Source: Candidatus Acidiferrum sp.
Lineage (GTDB): Bacteria; Acidobacteriota; Terriglobia; Acidiferrales; UBA7541
Assembly (NCBI GenBank): GCA_036495665.1
Contig: DASXMM010000425.1
Span: forward strand, 1 to 55,839
DNA length: 55,839 nucleotides
Direction: 5' to 3'
How positions within the stretch are numbered: the first letter of the stretch is position 1; each line of letters begins with the position of its first letter. The notes below the pieces were generated by a model that was given only the letters and a program-made list of their open reading frames with translations, was not told the origin of the DNA and ran no database searches. The translations under genes and the position numbers were made by a program. Below, one piece after another: positions 18,916 to 28,868 of this stretch.

Positions 18916-20223
18916 TTATCCCTGGTGCGCGGTTAAGACGCCGCGCTTCCTGGCAAGCTCGAGGTACAGGTCGCGGTAGCGGCCAGTCATACTCTCCAAA
19001 CTGAATTCCTGCACGGTTCGCGTGCGAGCCTCTTGACCCAACTCCTCGCGAAGTCTGGGAGTGCAAACGAGCCGCTCTAGGATCGCGGAGAGACCCGTTA
19101 CATCTCCCGGTTTGAAGAGGATCCCGGAGCGTTCGTCTTCCACCAACTCGGGATTACCGCCCACTCGTGTTGCTACGACGGGCAGGCCGGAAGCCATCGC
19201 TTCCAGAAGCGTGTTGGACATTCCCTCGCTCACTGAGGGAAGTACAAATACATCCATGGCGTTTAGCGATGACGGGACGTCCGCGGTGGCTCCCTCGAAC
19301 ACGACTCGTCCCGAAAGAAAGCGCGACGCCGCAACAATTTCTTTGAGCTTTGGCAACTCCGGCCCAGAGCCGACCAAAAGAACATAAACTGGCAGCCCTT
19401 TGCCGATCAAGATCTCCGCTGCCCGCAAGAGCGACCCTTGATCCTTGATTGGTACCAAGCGGCCCACTGCGCCGAAGACTATGTTGCTTTCGTCGAAGCC
19501 CAGCTGCCGGCGACTCGCCTCGCGCTCCCCGGAGCGCCGAGCGAACCGGGACGTATCGACGCCATTTTGCAACACTCGAATTCTTTCCACAGGAAGCCAG
19601 GCTTGTCGCGCATGGTAGGACCGCAACTCTTCTGTCACGGTGAAAACCGCGTCCGCAGCAGCGTAGGCGAAGCGGCGGAAGACCCGGCGCCGCGGTGGAA
19701 GACCGTTCAACATATCCACTTCGTAGCCATGCTCACTATGAATTGCGACCGGGACTCCCGAAATGCGTGACGCCAGCAAAGCTTCGATCGCCCCCCAATT
19801 CCGTGAATGGACAATATCTGGCTGGAAGTCCCGCATGATGCGCGCCAGGCGGCCTACAAGAAACTGAAATCCCGATCCCGGCCGACCTGCCACATAAATC
19901 CTGCCCTCAAACTCATGGGCTTTCGCAAACTCTTCGTCGAATCCCCGAATCGTGCAAATTCGGTGTTCAAAACCCTCACCGCTCAGTCCCTTTATGACTT
20001 TTAGTATTCCGACTTCTGTGCCGCCCATACCCAGCCTGTCAATCACATGCAAAACCCGCAGACGCGCGTGCCCGGACTTCCCGAAGCCGCGCATAATCGC
20101 CAAGTCTCGCAGGTTGTCGCCCAGGCTTGCCTCGTGGTCGGCTGGCTCGGGCGACTTAACTTCGCAAGCGGGTGCGCTGTTCTCTTTGAGCATCTCGTTT
20201 GAAGCGGTAGCCAATTTCGACAT
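18916..20223 (-). CDS. GT4 sugar transferase (PEP-CTERM/EpsH1-system type)
   Basis: VLHVIDRL..GGTE.G, PDIVHSRN, IHSEHG, NGVDT.RF, VGRL..IKDQ, SEGMSNTLLEAMASGLPVVATRVGGNPELV. Exact start uncertain. Confidence 0.88.
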   Translation of the reverse strand: MSKLATASNEMLKENSAPACEVKSPEPADHEASLGDNLRDLAIMRGFGKSGHARLRVLHVIDRLGMGGTEVGILKVIKGLSGEGFEHRICTIRGFDEEFAKAHEFEGRIYVAGRPGSGFQFLVGRLARIMRDFQPDIVHSRNWGAIEALLASRISGVPVAIHSEHGYEVDMLNGLPPRRRVFRRFAYAAADAVFTVTEELRSYHARQAWLPVERIRVLQNGVDTSRFARRSGEREASRRQLGFDESNIVFGAVGRLVPIKDQGSLLRAAEILIGKGLPVYVLLVGSGPELPKLKEIVAASRFLSGRVVFEGATADVPSSLNAMDVFVLPSVSEGMSNTLLEAMASGLPVVATRVGGNPELVEDERSGILFKPGDVTGLSAILERLVCTPRLREELGQEARTRTVQEFSLESMTGRYRDLYLELARKRGVLTAHQG

Positions 20224-20232
20224 GACGCAGCT

Positions 20233-21441
20233 TTACCGGGTCGTTGCCAGGCAGGAACCCGCTGCTTGCAACAACAATCGCTCCAGGTGACTTAGGTTCT
20301 CATGCCAGCTGAAGTTCTTGCGAACAAACTCAGCGCCTTTGCTGAAGCGATAATAGAGGGCCGGATCCTCGAGAAGAGCCACCACCGCCTTGGCAAATTC
20401 TTCCGTGTTTCCGGCGATCAAAAGTGTTTCTCCGTGTTTTGCTCCAATAGCCGCTGCCGGCCCTGGAGTCGAGACGATCGGCTTGTCGGCAGCCAGCGCC
20501 TCCAGCACCTTATTTTGAATGCCCTGAGCGATTCGAAACGGAGCTACAACGGCAGCGCAGCCTGCTAGGTATGTTTCCACTTCTGGCACTGCTCCTGTCA
20601 CCACAACGCCGGGTTTCTTCGCGAGTTTGCGCACTCGGCTCGTCGGATTGCGGCCTGCAATCACAAACTTCAGCTCAGGATGCTTCTCATGCACGCGAGG
20701 CAAAATATCTTCAGCGAAGTATTCCACCGCATCAATGTTCGGCAGATAGTCCATCGTGCCAACGAAAAGAGCATACGGCTGCAACGCTCGTATCTCGGCC
20801 GGGAATTCCGCGGTTTTCGCAGGGTGTATCTCCACTCCGTTGCTGACCACGTGGACCGGCGGTATGCCTTCTCCGCGCAATAGATCGGCCTCTTGTTGAG
20901 TGGTCACCATGGTGGAAGAACTTACCCGTGCCCATTTCTCTTCATATAGCGCCAGTTCTCTGGCCTCACGCGCATAGACCCACGAGAACGGTGGCCGCGA
21001 TCTTCTCGCGTACTGCTTCCATTTCGCGGAATCAATGTCCACAAAGTCCATAACCACAGGTATCTGCAGAGGCCACGGAATGTACTGCGCCATGGACGAG
21101 CAATAGACAAAGACCACGTCGTATTCCTCCGTGGCGAGTGACCGCTCCACCTCGGATTGAAATTTGCCCGAAAAAAAGAATCCGCACGATAGGGGTTGCC
21201 CCCGCAAAAAGCTTCGTACCGCCCCTGTCGCAATCGTGGCGCGCGAACGCGTCTCCACGTAGATTCGCCTGCAGTAATCGCCCAGTCCCGCTTGCTGTAA
21301 CGCTTCTGCCTCGGAATCCGCGAAGCAGCACAAATCCACCGTGTGGCGTGCACCTAGAAACTTCAGTTCGTGGAACGCGCGAATTTTCTCGCCTTTGTCG
21401 GGTGGATAAGGAATTCGATGAGCGAGAAAGAGTATCTTCAT
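20233..21441 (-). CDS. GT4 sugar transferase (PEP-CTERM/XrtA-system type)
   Basis: MKILFLAHRIPYPPDKGEKIR, DFVDIDSAKW.QYA, FVGTMDY.PNIDAV, VAPFRIAQGIQNKVLEA. ATGA overlap with the FemAB-like gene. Confidence 0.9.
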   Translation of the reverse strand: MKILFLAHRIPYPPDKGEKIRAFHELKFLGARHTVDLCCFADSEAEALQQAGLGDYCRRIYVETRSRATIATGAVRSFLRGQPLSCGFFFSGKFQSEVERSLATEEYDVVFVYCSSMAQYIPWPLQIPVVMDFVDIDSAKWKQYARRSRPPFSWVYAREARELALYEEKWARVSSSTMVTTQQEADLLRGEGIPPVHVVSNGVEIHPAKTAEFPAEIRALQPYALFVGTMDYLPNIDAVEYFAEDILPRVHEKHPELKFVIAGRNPTSRVRKLAKKPGVVVTGAVPEVETYLAGCAAVVAPFRIAQGIQNKVLEALAADKPIVSTPGPAAAIGAKHGETLLIAGNTEEFAKAVVALLEDPALYYRFSKGAEFVRKNFSWHENLSHLERLLLQAAGSCLATTR

Positions 21442-22526
21442 GGAAACAACCGGACCGCGGACGGTCCCAGCAACTTGGTCAACGACAGAGGAAGACTCTG
21501 CCACAGACGAATGGCCATCTCGAATTTCGGGTTGACCGGGGAAAAATTCGGAACTGTCTTGCGCTTCACAAGAAAAACCTGGTAATCAAGCACTTCTGCG
21601 TTCATATTCCATTGCGTCTTGAAGGCGTACGCTCCGGTGCTCTTCTTGCTCCGCCCAAAATCAAACGTGCGGAAACCATGCTCCCCGGCCCATTTGATCA
21701 ATTGCCAATACATGAAGTTATTCGCCGCCAGACGCGTGGCTTCGGGCGTTGCCCCGGCGTAGTAAGGGAGGATTGTGTCGCGGAAAAAGAAGGAGAGCAC
21801 TCCTGTCACAGCCTCCGCGCTGTTGTAAACAAGCATGAGTTGCGTGTGCTCCGGGAATTCTTGTACGATATTCCTGAAAAGTGATTGCGGAAATACTGGC
21901 GTACCAAGGCGGTGCACGCTCTTCGCAAAGAGATCATAAAACACGTCCAGGTTTTCCACGCCGAGCTGCATCCGCAAGCCTCCCTTTTCAGCTTTGCGGA
22001 TCATGTACCGCGTGTCCTTAGGCAGGCGTTTCAGGTTCGCCTGCGCGTCAGGAAAAAGGGGGGCGCTGAACGTGGTGTAAAGATGATTTTCGTGGAAAGC
22101 TTCAAGAATGCCTCCACCTCTTTGGCGAAGTTCAAGATATTCAGCGGAAGCCGATTGCGCGATCTGCTTTGAGTGTTCAAGGAGCGCCAGTTCGGATTCA
22201 GAGTCCGCAGCCACGATTCCCCCATAAGCGGCCAGGGGTATGGAAATGAAGCAACGGCCTATCAGCCAATTTGAGCATTCAAAAATCGGCGCGATACCTG
22301 TGATTTCTCCATCGCGCTCGGAATAGAAATAGCGCGCTTTGTGGCCGAATGTTTTTTCAATGATTCGCTTCCAGCCGATCAAATGAAAAAAACTGGCTCG
22401 GGGCTGCTCCATTACAAAGCGATTCCAAAGCTCTTGCGCGCCCGGCTCGAATGCCTTTATCAGCAGCGGCTTCGCGGCCGAGGCGGGCGGGCTCAGTACT
22501 TCGCAGTTTGCGTTAGCCTCTGTCAT
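21438..22526 (-). CDS. FemAB-family (GNAT) XrtA/PEP-CTERM system-associated protein
   Basis: W..FV...P.ASFFH..GW, S.P.A.YGG, YLELR, R.MIRKA, LGTPVFP, PYYAG, AANNFMYW, FDFGRSK..TGAYAFK..W, NPKF...I.LW..LPL......GP. Confidence 0.88.
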   Translation of the reverse strand: MTEANANCEVLSPPASAAKPLLIKAFEPGAQELWNRFVMEQPRASFFHLIGWKRIIEKTFGHKARYFYSERDGEITGIAPIFECSNWLIGRCFISIPLAAYGGIVAADSESELALLEHSKQIAQSASAEYLELRQRGGGILEAFHENHLYTTFSAPLFPDAQANLKRLPKDTRYMIRKAEKGGLRMQLGVENLDVFYDLFAKSVHRLGTPVFPQSLFRNIVQEFPEHTQLMLVYNSAEAVTGVLSFFFRDTILPYYAGATPEATRLAANNFMYWQLIKWAGEHGFRTFDFGRSKKSTGAYAFKTQWNMNAEVLDYQVFLVKRKTVPNFSPVNPKFEMAIRLWQSLPLSLTKLLGPSAVRLFP

Positions 22527-22773
22527 TACCGGACCCGGGTATTAGCTCCGACTTCGCCAAAACCTCTGATGGACCTGAAAATTCAGACTTTTCGAAAAGC
22601 CACTGCTCGCTTGCCTCCAAGTAGTCTGCAAGTTGCTTGCGCTGCGCCTCGGATGGCTCGCGGAAACCTCGAATGATCTTGCTCAGCAGTGTTTCATCCA
22701 TTCCGAGCGTCCTCGCCAGTTGGTTCTGATGGATCCCTTTGCGAAAAATCTGTAGTTTAATATTTGCGTACAT
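22513..22773 (-). CDS. Small XRE/Cro-type helix-turn-helix protein
   Basis: MYANIKLQIFRKGIHQNQLARTLGMDETLLSKIIRGFREPS...LADYL....WLF. The 3' end overlaps the FemAB-like start. Confidence 0.75.
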   Translation of the reverse strand: MYANIKLQIFRKGIHQNQLARTLGMDETLLSKIIRGFREPSEAQRKQLADYLEASEQWLFEKSEFSGPSEVLAKSELIPGSGNDRG

Positions 22774-22883
22774 GACTTCTTTCCGAAACCTCCTTCCCCC
22801 ATGTCCCTTCAACACACCCAGGTGATCTGACCCTCATTTTGAATCTGCTTCCCCAAGGGTCCGAGCTTCTCCTCACCATCCGC

Positions 22884-23780
22884 TCAGCCCGCATTCCCGT
22901 AATAGCCATACCCGATATCAGGACTGCTTGGAAGGCCATTGAACACCGTCCCGATCAGTTTTCGCTTGTCCAGGCGGTTTACACATTTCTGGGCAAGCTC
23001 GCGGGATGTAGACAATGCTCTGACAACCATCAAGACTCCATCGCATCCAGAACTGATTAATTCAGCATCCGACAGCCCATGGATTGGCGGTGCATCCACG
23101 ATGACGATGCCGTACGATTGACCGGCCCAGGATATAAACTCCGACCACAGAGGGCTGGCAAAGAGTTCAGAAGGTTGGCCGTTCAGAGATCCCGCCCCGA
23201 GCACGAAGAGGTTGTCGAATTCTGTAGGCAATACGGTTTTCTCGGCAGTCGCTTTTCTCCCAAGAAAATCAGACAGGCCGGGCCCCTCGGGCATGCTCAG
23301 TAACCGGGTGAGTCCTCTAGACCTCAGATCACCGTCCACGAGGAGGATTCGCAAATTGTGAAGTTTGGCGCACGATACCGCGAGGTTTAGGGAAGTCAAG
23401 GTCTTGCCCTCGGCGGGAACCGAACTCGTCAGCATCAGCGAACGGATACCCTTGGAGGCCTGCAGTTTCATGACCCTGGCCCGGAGCGATCCATAGGCTT
23501 CCACCACCGGCTGGGGCAGGTTTTTTTCACTTTGACTGATTTTTATCGGGCCGCGAACCGGCTTTTCCGTCACGGCGACAGGCACCTCTACGACAGGCAC
23601 CTCTACTGCAGGGGCATTCTGAAGCAACTGGGGCTCAAACTGTGGGACCAGCGGTGGAGGGACTACGTTGTCATCTTGCTTGATCGCATCAATCACCGAC
23701 ACTACGTCCACGCGCCCAGCTTCGGCAACTTGCGGAGCCCACTTGTGGGCCTTTTGCGTTTCGTCAAAGAACTTGCTCAT
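22884..23780 (-). CDS. CpsD/CapB-family tyrosine autokinase (cytoplasmic half of split Wzc)
   Basis: EAYGSLR, Walker A TSSVPAEGKT, LLVDGDLR, Walker B IVIVDAPP, C-terminal Tyr cluster GYGYYG. Confidence 0.92.
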   Translation of the reverse strand: MSKFFDETQKAHKWAPQVAEAGRVDVVSVIDAIKQDDNVVPPPLVPQFEPQLLQNAPAVEVPVVEVPVAVTEKPVRGPIKISQSEKNLPQPVVEAYGSLRARVMKLQASKGIRSLMLTSSVPAEGKTLTSLNLAVSCAKLHNLRILLVDGDLRSRGLTRLLSMPEGPGLSDFLGRKATAEKTVLPTEFDNLFVLGAGSLNGQPSELFASPLWSEFISWAGQSYGIVIVDAPPIHGLSDAELISSGCDGVLMVVRALSTSRELAQKCVNRLDKRKLIGTVFNGLPSSPDIGYGYYGNAG

Positions 23781-23783
23781 TCA

Positions 23784-24728
23784 TTACTCCCAAGTAGACG
23801 TCCGCTTCCGTTTCATTGCTCCGATTAAGAGGTCCAGTGCCGATTCGACGACGTCCAGGTCAGCCTCGCGGGCAGCTGCCTTCGGACGCTCCTCAACCGC
23901 TTCGACCGTCAACTGAAGCTGCGTCGCTGCTTCCTCGATAACGTCCGGCTGAACTTGTCTTTGTCGGGTATTGAATCCAATCACCAGCGCCGTATCACAG
24001 ATCTGGTTGATCATCCGAGGAACGCCATGCGAATAAAGATGCAGCAGCTCGACTGATTTCTCGCTAAAGGGCGACGGGCCGGTCAATCCGCCAGCCTGGA
24101 GACGCTCGGCAACATAGCTATGAGTCTCAGCCAGGTTCAAAGGCCTGAGCGCACAATATTGCGTGATTCTTTGCTGTAGTGCTCTCAGTTCGTGGCGCTG
24201 CAAGAACGGAGTTAGTTCAGGCTGTCCGCATAAAATCACTTGCAGCAGCTTTTCTCGATAGGTGTCCGCATTGCTCAAGAGGCGGATCTCCTCCAGCAAT
24301 TCCATCGTCATCAAATGCGCCTCGTCGACGATTAATATGGAGGTCCCTCCCTGCTTTTGTTTCTCGAGAAACATGTTGTAAAGAGCCGCAAGACGGGCCG
24401 GTTTGCTCGTGGACGTACAGTGCACTTCAAATTCCGTGATCAGAGTCTCCAGGAATTCTTCTCGGCTGAGCACGGGATTCAGCACGAACGCCGAAGCCAG
24501 AGGAGCGTTATTGGTGTTCAAGCGCGTGAGAATCTGCATTGCTGCGTGCAGCAAAGTTGTCTTGCCTGTCCCGATCGGGCCGTTGACCACCACGAACCCT
24601 TTTCTTCGGATGATGGATTGGACCACGGTCTCAAGCGCGACCCGGTAAGGCTGAGCCATATGCAGAAACCGGGGATCCGGAGTCAGGCTGAACGGCTCTT
24701 CGCGAAGTTGATAGTATTTTAAGTACAT
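23784..24728 (-). CDS. ExeA-like AAA ATPase (PEP-CTERM-locus type)
   Basis: MYLKYYQLREEPFSLTPDPRFL, GPIGTGKTTL, LIVDEAH, LEEIRLLSN, ILCGQPEL, LQQRI, GVPRMINQICD. Confidence 0.9.
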   Translation of the reverse strand: MYLKYYQLREEPFSLTPDPRFLHMAQPYRVALETVVQSIIRRKGFVVVNGPIGTGKTTLLHAAMQILTRLNTNNAPLASAFVLNPVLSREEFLETLITEFEVHCTSTSKPARLAALYNMFLEKQKQGGTSILIVDEAHLMTMELLEEIRLLSNADTYREKLLQVILCGQPELTPFLQRHELRALQQRITQYCALRPLNLAETHSYVAERLQAGGLTGPSPFSEKSVELLHLYSHGVPRMINQICDTALVIGFNTRQRQVQPDVIEEAATQLQLTVEAVEERPKAAAREADLDVVESALDLLIGAMKRKRTSTWE

Positions 24729-26314
24729 CAGAATAATCCTATCTTTCGTGTGATGATTGAGATCAACAGTCCTAGCCCGCTTGATAGGGCTGCGGTTAGA
24801 ATTGTCGCCAATCCGAGTCGCATTCTCCGGCTGCGCACTTGCGCAGGGGTATACATCTCCGGAATTCCCGCGAGTACCGGAATCCCGAATAATTCCGCTG
24901 CTTCATGCTCTGTCCGGACCGATTCATCCGTCATCTCGATGGCCATCGCCAAGCCGATTCCTGCGACTAGACCAAGAATCAGGCCCGCTAGACTGATCAG
25001 CACGCGATTTGGTCCGGAAGGCCGATCCGGGACGGGAGCAAGGTCAAGTACTACGAATCTTTCACCCTTTTGGCGGGCATCGAGTTCAGCCGCCATTTGA
25101 GCAGACAATTTTTTGTCCAAGAGACTCTGATAATGGGACCTCAATGAATCGTAGTCCCGCATCAAACCGGCTATTTCCTGCTCGAAGATGGGCACTCGCT
25201 CCAGCTTCGATAGATGAAAATCTATCTGTTCCTGCAAAGGCCCCTGAAGTTTTGTTTGCTCGTCGATTTCCTGGTCCAGCTTCTGGATCTGCGCTTCGAT
25301 GACCGGGTTCTTCCTCGATGTCGCCGGCGCGACCGGCTCATCCGAAAGGGTGACCGAAGCCTTTGGTTTTTCGCTAGCGGCTTTCTTTTTCAAACGCTCA
25401 ATTTCTGCCTGAGCCTTCCGTACGTCGGGAAAATTCGGCCCGTATCGCGACCGCAACTCGGCCAAGTGCGCCTCTTGCTTTTCTATCTGGATCTCCAATT
25501 GAGAAGAGCTTCCTGTGCCTCCTGCGCTTCCTCCATCCACCTCCACCGTGGGCGCTGTCGTGTTCATCACGGACTCCAGCATGACCTTGCTCTGCTTCGC
25601 TTGCCGCACGCGATCTTCGCTCGCCGCCAACTGCGTACGCAGGTTGTTCAGCGTTTCCAGGTGAAATTGTTTCGAGTCCGAAAGGTCCATCACATGAGTA
25701 GCCTTGATGTTCTGAAGCTGCTGCTCTTTGGACTCCAGTTGACTCTTCGTTTCCTGCAACTCGCTGTCGAGGAATTCCGCCGTCCCCTTGGAGTGGTCTA
25801 TCGTTGCTTTCTCGTTTTCCGAAATAAACGTCAAGGCCAGCTCGTTGGCGATTTCCGATACTTCCTTGGGATTTTCACCCTGATACCCGATCCGGAAAGA
25901 ACTGAAGTGCCCTGCAACGTCGACTGACGTTGATTTCTGAATTTTCTGGACGAGCATTTCCATGCTGACTTTGCCGCGAAGCTCCGGGAACAGCCCGTTC
26001 TTTTCGATCATGTTCGCCAGCCGGGTCGGGGACATTACCTGCTGCTGGATGGTAGATAATCTGTCCTGAAGGCTGGTGCTCACGGTACTCTGCACATAGA
26101 TGGAGGGAACTTGCTGGGCATCAACAAGAATGACTGTCTGTGACCGATAAACGTCTGGCAAGCGGCGGGCAACTACCACTGCACAAAAGAAGAACCCCAC
26201 GGTTGCCAAGATGACAAAGGCTTTCCGTCGACGAATTATGCCGAGGTAGTGACGGAATTCCTGGTATCCCGTTCCGGATGCGCCAGCTGGAACAGGCTGA
26301 TTTGAAGTGATCAC
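24728..26314 (-). CDS. Polysaccharide chain-length determinant / co-polymerase (Wzz/GumC, periplasmic half of Wzc)
   Basis: Two TMs flanking long coiled coils, LPDVYRSQTVILV, YGPNFPDV, RDY...YQSLL, F.VLD.A..P..P..PNR. Start reassigned to GTG 26314 (GGAGG RBS; a sigma54 motif lies inside the longer ORF-track version). Confidence 0.88.
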   Translation of the reverse strand: MITSNQPVPAGASGTGYQEFRHYLGIIRRRKAFVILATVGFFFCAVVVARRLPDVYRSQTVILVDAQQVPSIYVQSTVSTSLQDRLSTIQQQVMSPTRLANMIEKNGLFPELRGKVSMEMLVQKIQKSTSVDVAGHFSSFRIGYQGENPKEVSEIANELALTFISENEKATIDHSKGTAEFLDSELQETKSQLESKEQQLQNIKATHVMDLSDSKQFHLETLNNLRTQLAASEDRVRQAKQSKVMLESVMNTTAPTVEVDGGSAGGTGSSSQLEIQIEKQEAHLAELRSRYGPNFPDVRKAQAEIERLKKKAASEKPKASVTLSDEPVAPATSRKNPVIEAQIQKLDQEIDEQTKLQGPLQEQIDFHLSKLERVPIFEQEIAGLMRDYDSLRSHYQSLLDKKLSAQMAAELDARQKGERFVVLDLAPVPDRPSGPNRVLISLAGLILGLVAGIGLAMAIEMTDESVRTEHEAAELFGIPVLAGIPEMYTPAQVRSRRMRLGLATILTAALSSGLGLLISIITRKIGLF

Positions 26315-26376
26315 TTGCCTTCCTCCACCTTCCCTAGAAACTTGTCCATCAACAATTTGTGCTCCCGTATATCTTA

Positions 26377-26393
26377 GGCAATCTTGGTACCAA
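26377..26393 (-). promoter_or_regulatory. sigma54 -24/-12 promoter of the co-polymerase-to-GT operon
   Basis: Minus strand TTGGTACCAAGATTGCC = GG-N10-GC with TTGC. IHF-like 20-mer at 26422-26441 overlapping the palindrome ACTGATAAC-N6-GTTATCAGT (26423-26446). Confidence 0.7.
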
Positions 26394-26699
26394 AATAGGC
26401 CGGGGTCAGAAGCCTTTGTCCCACTGATAACAAAGGGGTTATCAGTCCTTTGATTCCCATCAGCCTGGACAGTTCGGCCAGTCTCGTGAAGCATAGGGAA
26501 AAAGAATTCCACCGTGCTCTCTTGCCGTTTTTTCGGCCTCTGTGATCTTTCCGCAAAACCGGAGCAGAATCTCCTAGGTCGCTTATCTTAGGGTATTCCA
26601 AGCGTTTCCGAGGCTTAACTGGCTTGTGGATGCTCCCGCTTAGAAAATCGGCGCCATTCGGATGCTCAAAAATTGGCTGTGTCTAAAGGCGGCAAGACC

Positions 26700-28115
26700 T
26701 CAGTACTTTGTAGGGACCGGCGGAGCCCAAGTGATGCCAACGGTACCCAAAAGACTGTGGCCGTTCAGCACAAAGACGCTATCCCCGGACTGTTTGTTAT
26801 ACGCCACACTCCCAGTAAAACTGAGGCTGCGGGTAAGTCGATAGGATGCCAGTTCCGTTGCATATTCCCCAGACGCCAAGGGAGGAGGTCCACTGGCAGC
26901 TCGGAAGTAAGCCACCGAAGTGCTTGTGGTGAACCGGTGGTTCCACCGGATCGTATTGACCAGATCTACCCGGTCCGTGGACCCTCCGGTGATGTACCCG
27001 TTGAACTGATGCCCCCGGGAGTAATTTAGCGCAAAGTCCATTACTTGGTAGGACTTGGTGGCTCCAGCGTTAATCGCCCAACCGGTTTCGCTGTATGTGC
27101 CGGTATTGCTCGTCACACCCAGGCCTGCGCTAACCCGCCAGCTCGCCCCGATTTGTTGACCATAGTTGGCCAGGAAGTCTTGCTGCCACCCCGTGGAATT
27201 TGTCGGTGCGGTAGAAGTCGAACCAGTTCCGGCCGTATAATTGGCGTGCTCTCCGGTGTAGCTTATTCCGATTGTCTGCGTGGCGCTGAGCGAGTGCGTA
27301 ATGCTAACTTGTCCGCCTTCGTAAAGAGCACTGGTGTTCTCCTGGGCATCCACCGCACCAGACGCATTTTGATATCCAAACGTCGGGGCGAAGCTAACTT
27401 TAGTTAGCGGGCTCCATAGGTACGAGATGGTCCCAGACAACGACTCATAAAGAACACTTCCGGGACCGTTCAGAAAGTTATTCTGTGCCACAGTCCCGAG
27501 GGAATAGTTTGCATCGAGCGAAAGCCCGGAGTAATACCTTTGGCTACCGAAGTAACTAAACCGATCGCTGATCTGGACACTCAACCGCGGATTTACCGGG
27601 AACGTCATATCGAATCCCGCATTCTGGTTCACCGCATCGGTGTAAACGTGTCCTTCCGTGATGAAAAGACTGGGCGTGTATTGGAGCGTCAAATCGCTCA
27701 AATGGGAAGCCCCAAACGCGTGACTCAACACGATTGCGGTCGTTAATTGACTCGACGTCTGGCTTTGGCTGAGAGTACCAGCGGTTGGATCGTCTAGCGA
27801 TACATTTCCGTAAAATTCTTGAAAGCTTACTGAACGTACCGAAAGCCATCCCCAGTGCAAGGGCCCATTTTCCCCATTCAGCGGATTGGCGCCGTTCAGC
27901 GCTCGGGCAAAGAGACCTTGGTCGACTCCGGCTGGATTCGGTGAACTCTGCCCGGAGCCGGCTCCTGGGTCGGGAGTCTGCGCTGGCGGATTTGCCGAAC
28001 CGGGATCCTGCGTCGAAGTGGGATCGGGCGGCTGCTGAGAGAATGCAAGCGTGGGGACAAGCAAAGCCGCAGCCAGCAGCACTTCCCCAAGATGCCAGCT
28101 TTTTTCCCTTGCCAT
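26700..28115 (-). CDS. Outer-membrane beta-barrel-like protein associated with EPS export
   Basis: Signal peptide ending AFS|QQ, Pro-rich linker, alternating amphipathic strands, terminal strand LLGTVGITW. Located between wza and the co-polymerase gene. Confidence 0.7.
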   Translation of the reverse strand: MAREKSWHLGEVLLAAALLVPTLAFSQQPPDPTSTQDPGSANPPAQTPDPGAGSGQSSPNPAGVDQGLFARALNGANPLNGENGPLHWGWLSVRSVSFQEFYGNVSLDDPTAGTLSQSQTSSQLTTAIVLSHAFGASHLSDLTLQYTPSLFITEGHVYTDAVNQNAGFDMTFPVNPRLSVQISDRFSYFGSQRYYSGLSLDANYSLGTVAQNNFLNGPGSVLYESLSGTISYLWSPLTKVSFAPTFGYQNASGAVDAQENTSALYEGGQVSITHSLSATQTIGISYTGEHANYTAGTGSTSTAPTNSTGWQQDFLANYGQQIGASWRVSAGLGVTSNTGTYSETGWAINAGATKSYQVMDFALNYSRGHQFNGYITGGSTDRVDLVNTIRWNHRFTTSTSVAYFRAASGPPPLASGEYATELASYRLTRSLSFTGSVAYNKQSGDSVFVLNGHSLLGTVGITWAPPVPTKY

Positions 28116-28154
28116 ATCTCTGACCCTTTCTATTGCTTGTACGGCCTACCGTAG

Positions 28155-28868
28155 CTAGGGGACGACGATTACATCGCCGGGCTGGAGTACGATGTCTTCC
28201 TTGCCTCTCCCCTTCAGAGCCTTCTTGTACTGAAAGGGAATGCGGATCTGTTTGCCATTCTCAGTTCGCAGTACGTAGATGGAATCCGCCTTTGCATAGA
28301 TTCCCACTCCTCCAGAAGAGGCCAGGACCTGCATTACGGTCTCTCCACCCTCCAGTGCATAAGCGCCCTGCCTGGTTACATTGCCTACCAAATAGACTCT
28401 CCGGCTTTTGATTCCCTGAACGATCACCGTCACTTGAGGCTCGCTCACGAAGGGCTTCAGCTTTTCGATCAAAAGCTGTTGCAGTTCAATGGGCTTCAGG
28501 CCGATAACATGCAAATCGTTGACCAACGGCAGAGTTATCATTCCGTCGGGGCGCACCACTACACTCATGGACAGCTCCGGTTCCTTCCACACGGAAATCA
28601 TCAGTTGATCGGCCAAGCCGATCCGATAGACGTCCGGGTCAACGCCAGGCGCATTCTGGGGCGCCGCTGATTTTGGACCATCTGAGTCCTGCCCCTTGGC
28701 CTTCGATTTGTCGGCTCCCTGTGCAGACGAATCCGCAGAAGGGGTCGCTTGAGGGTGGGCATCCAACACACATAAAACGAGTGCCAAACTCATGATGGTC
28801 GTCAGGAGAAGACTTGTCCGCCGAGTCGGCTTACTCGCGCCGAATGAAACTTCATATTTTCGGGTCAA
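28155..28868 (-). CDS. wza: Polysaccharide export protein (Wza/OPX family, short)
   Basis: YRIGLADQLMISVWKEPELS...VRPDGMITLPLVND, VYLVGNV..QG.Y, LQPGDVIVVP. Confidence 0.9.
   Translation of the reverse strand: MTRKYEVSFGASKPTRRTSLLLTTIMSLALVLCVLDAHPQATPSADSSAQGADKSKAKGQDSDGPKSAAPQNAPGVDPDVYRIGLADQLMISVWKEPELSMSVVVRPDGMITLPLVNDLHVIGLKPIELQQLLIEKLKPFVSEPQVTVIVQGIKSRRVYLVGNVTRQGAYALEGGETVMQVLASSGGVGIYAKADSIYVLRTENGKQIRIPFQYKKALKGRGKEDIVLQPGDVIVVP

Noticed and set aside
23784-24728. ExeA-like ATPase as evidence of a type II secretion system or a transposon (TniB/IstB)
   Set aside because: No T2SS or transposase genes nearby; this ATPase type is a regular member of PEP-CTERM-type EPS loci.
26315-26512. 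N-terminal 66 aa of the ORF-track co-polymerase
   Set aside because: It contains a sigma54 promoter motif, and a good RBS precedes GTG 26314, so it is probably non-coding.
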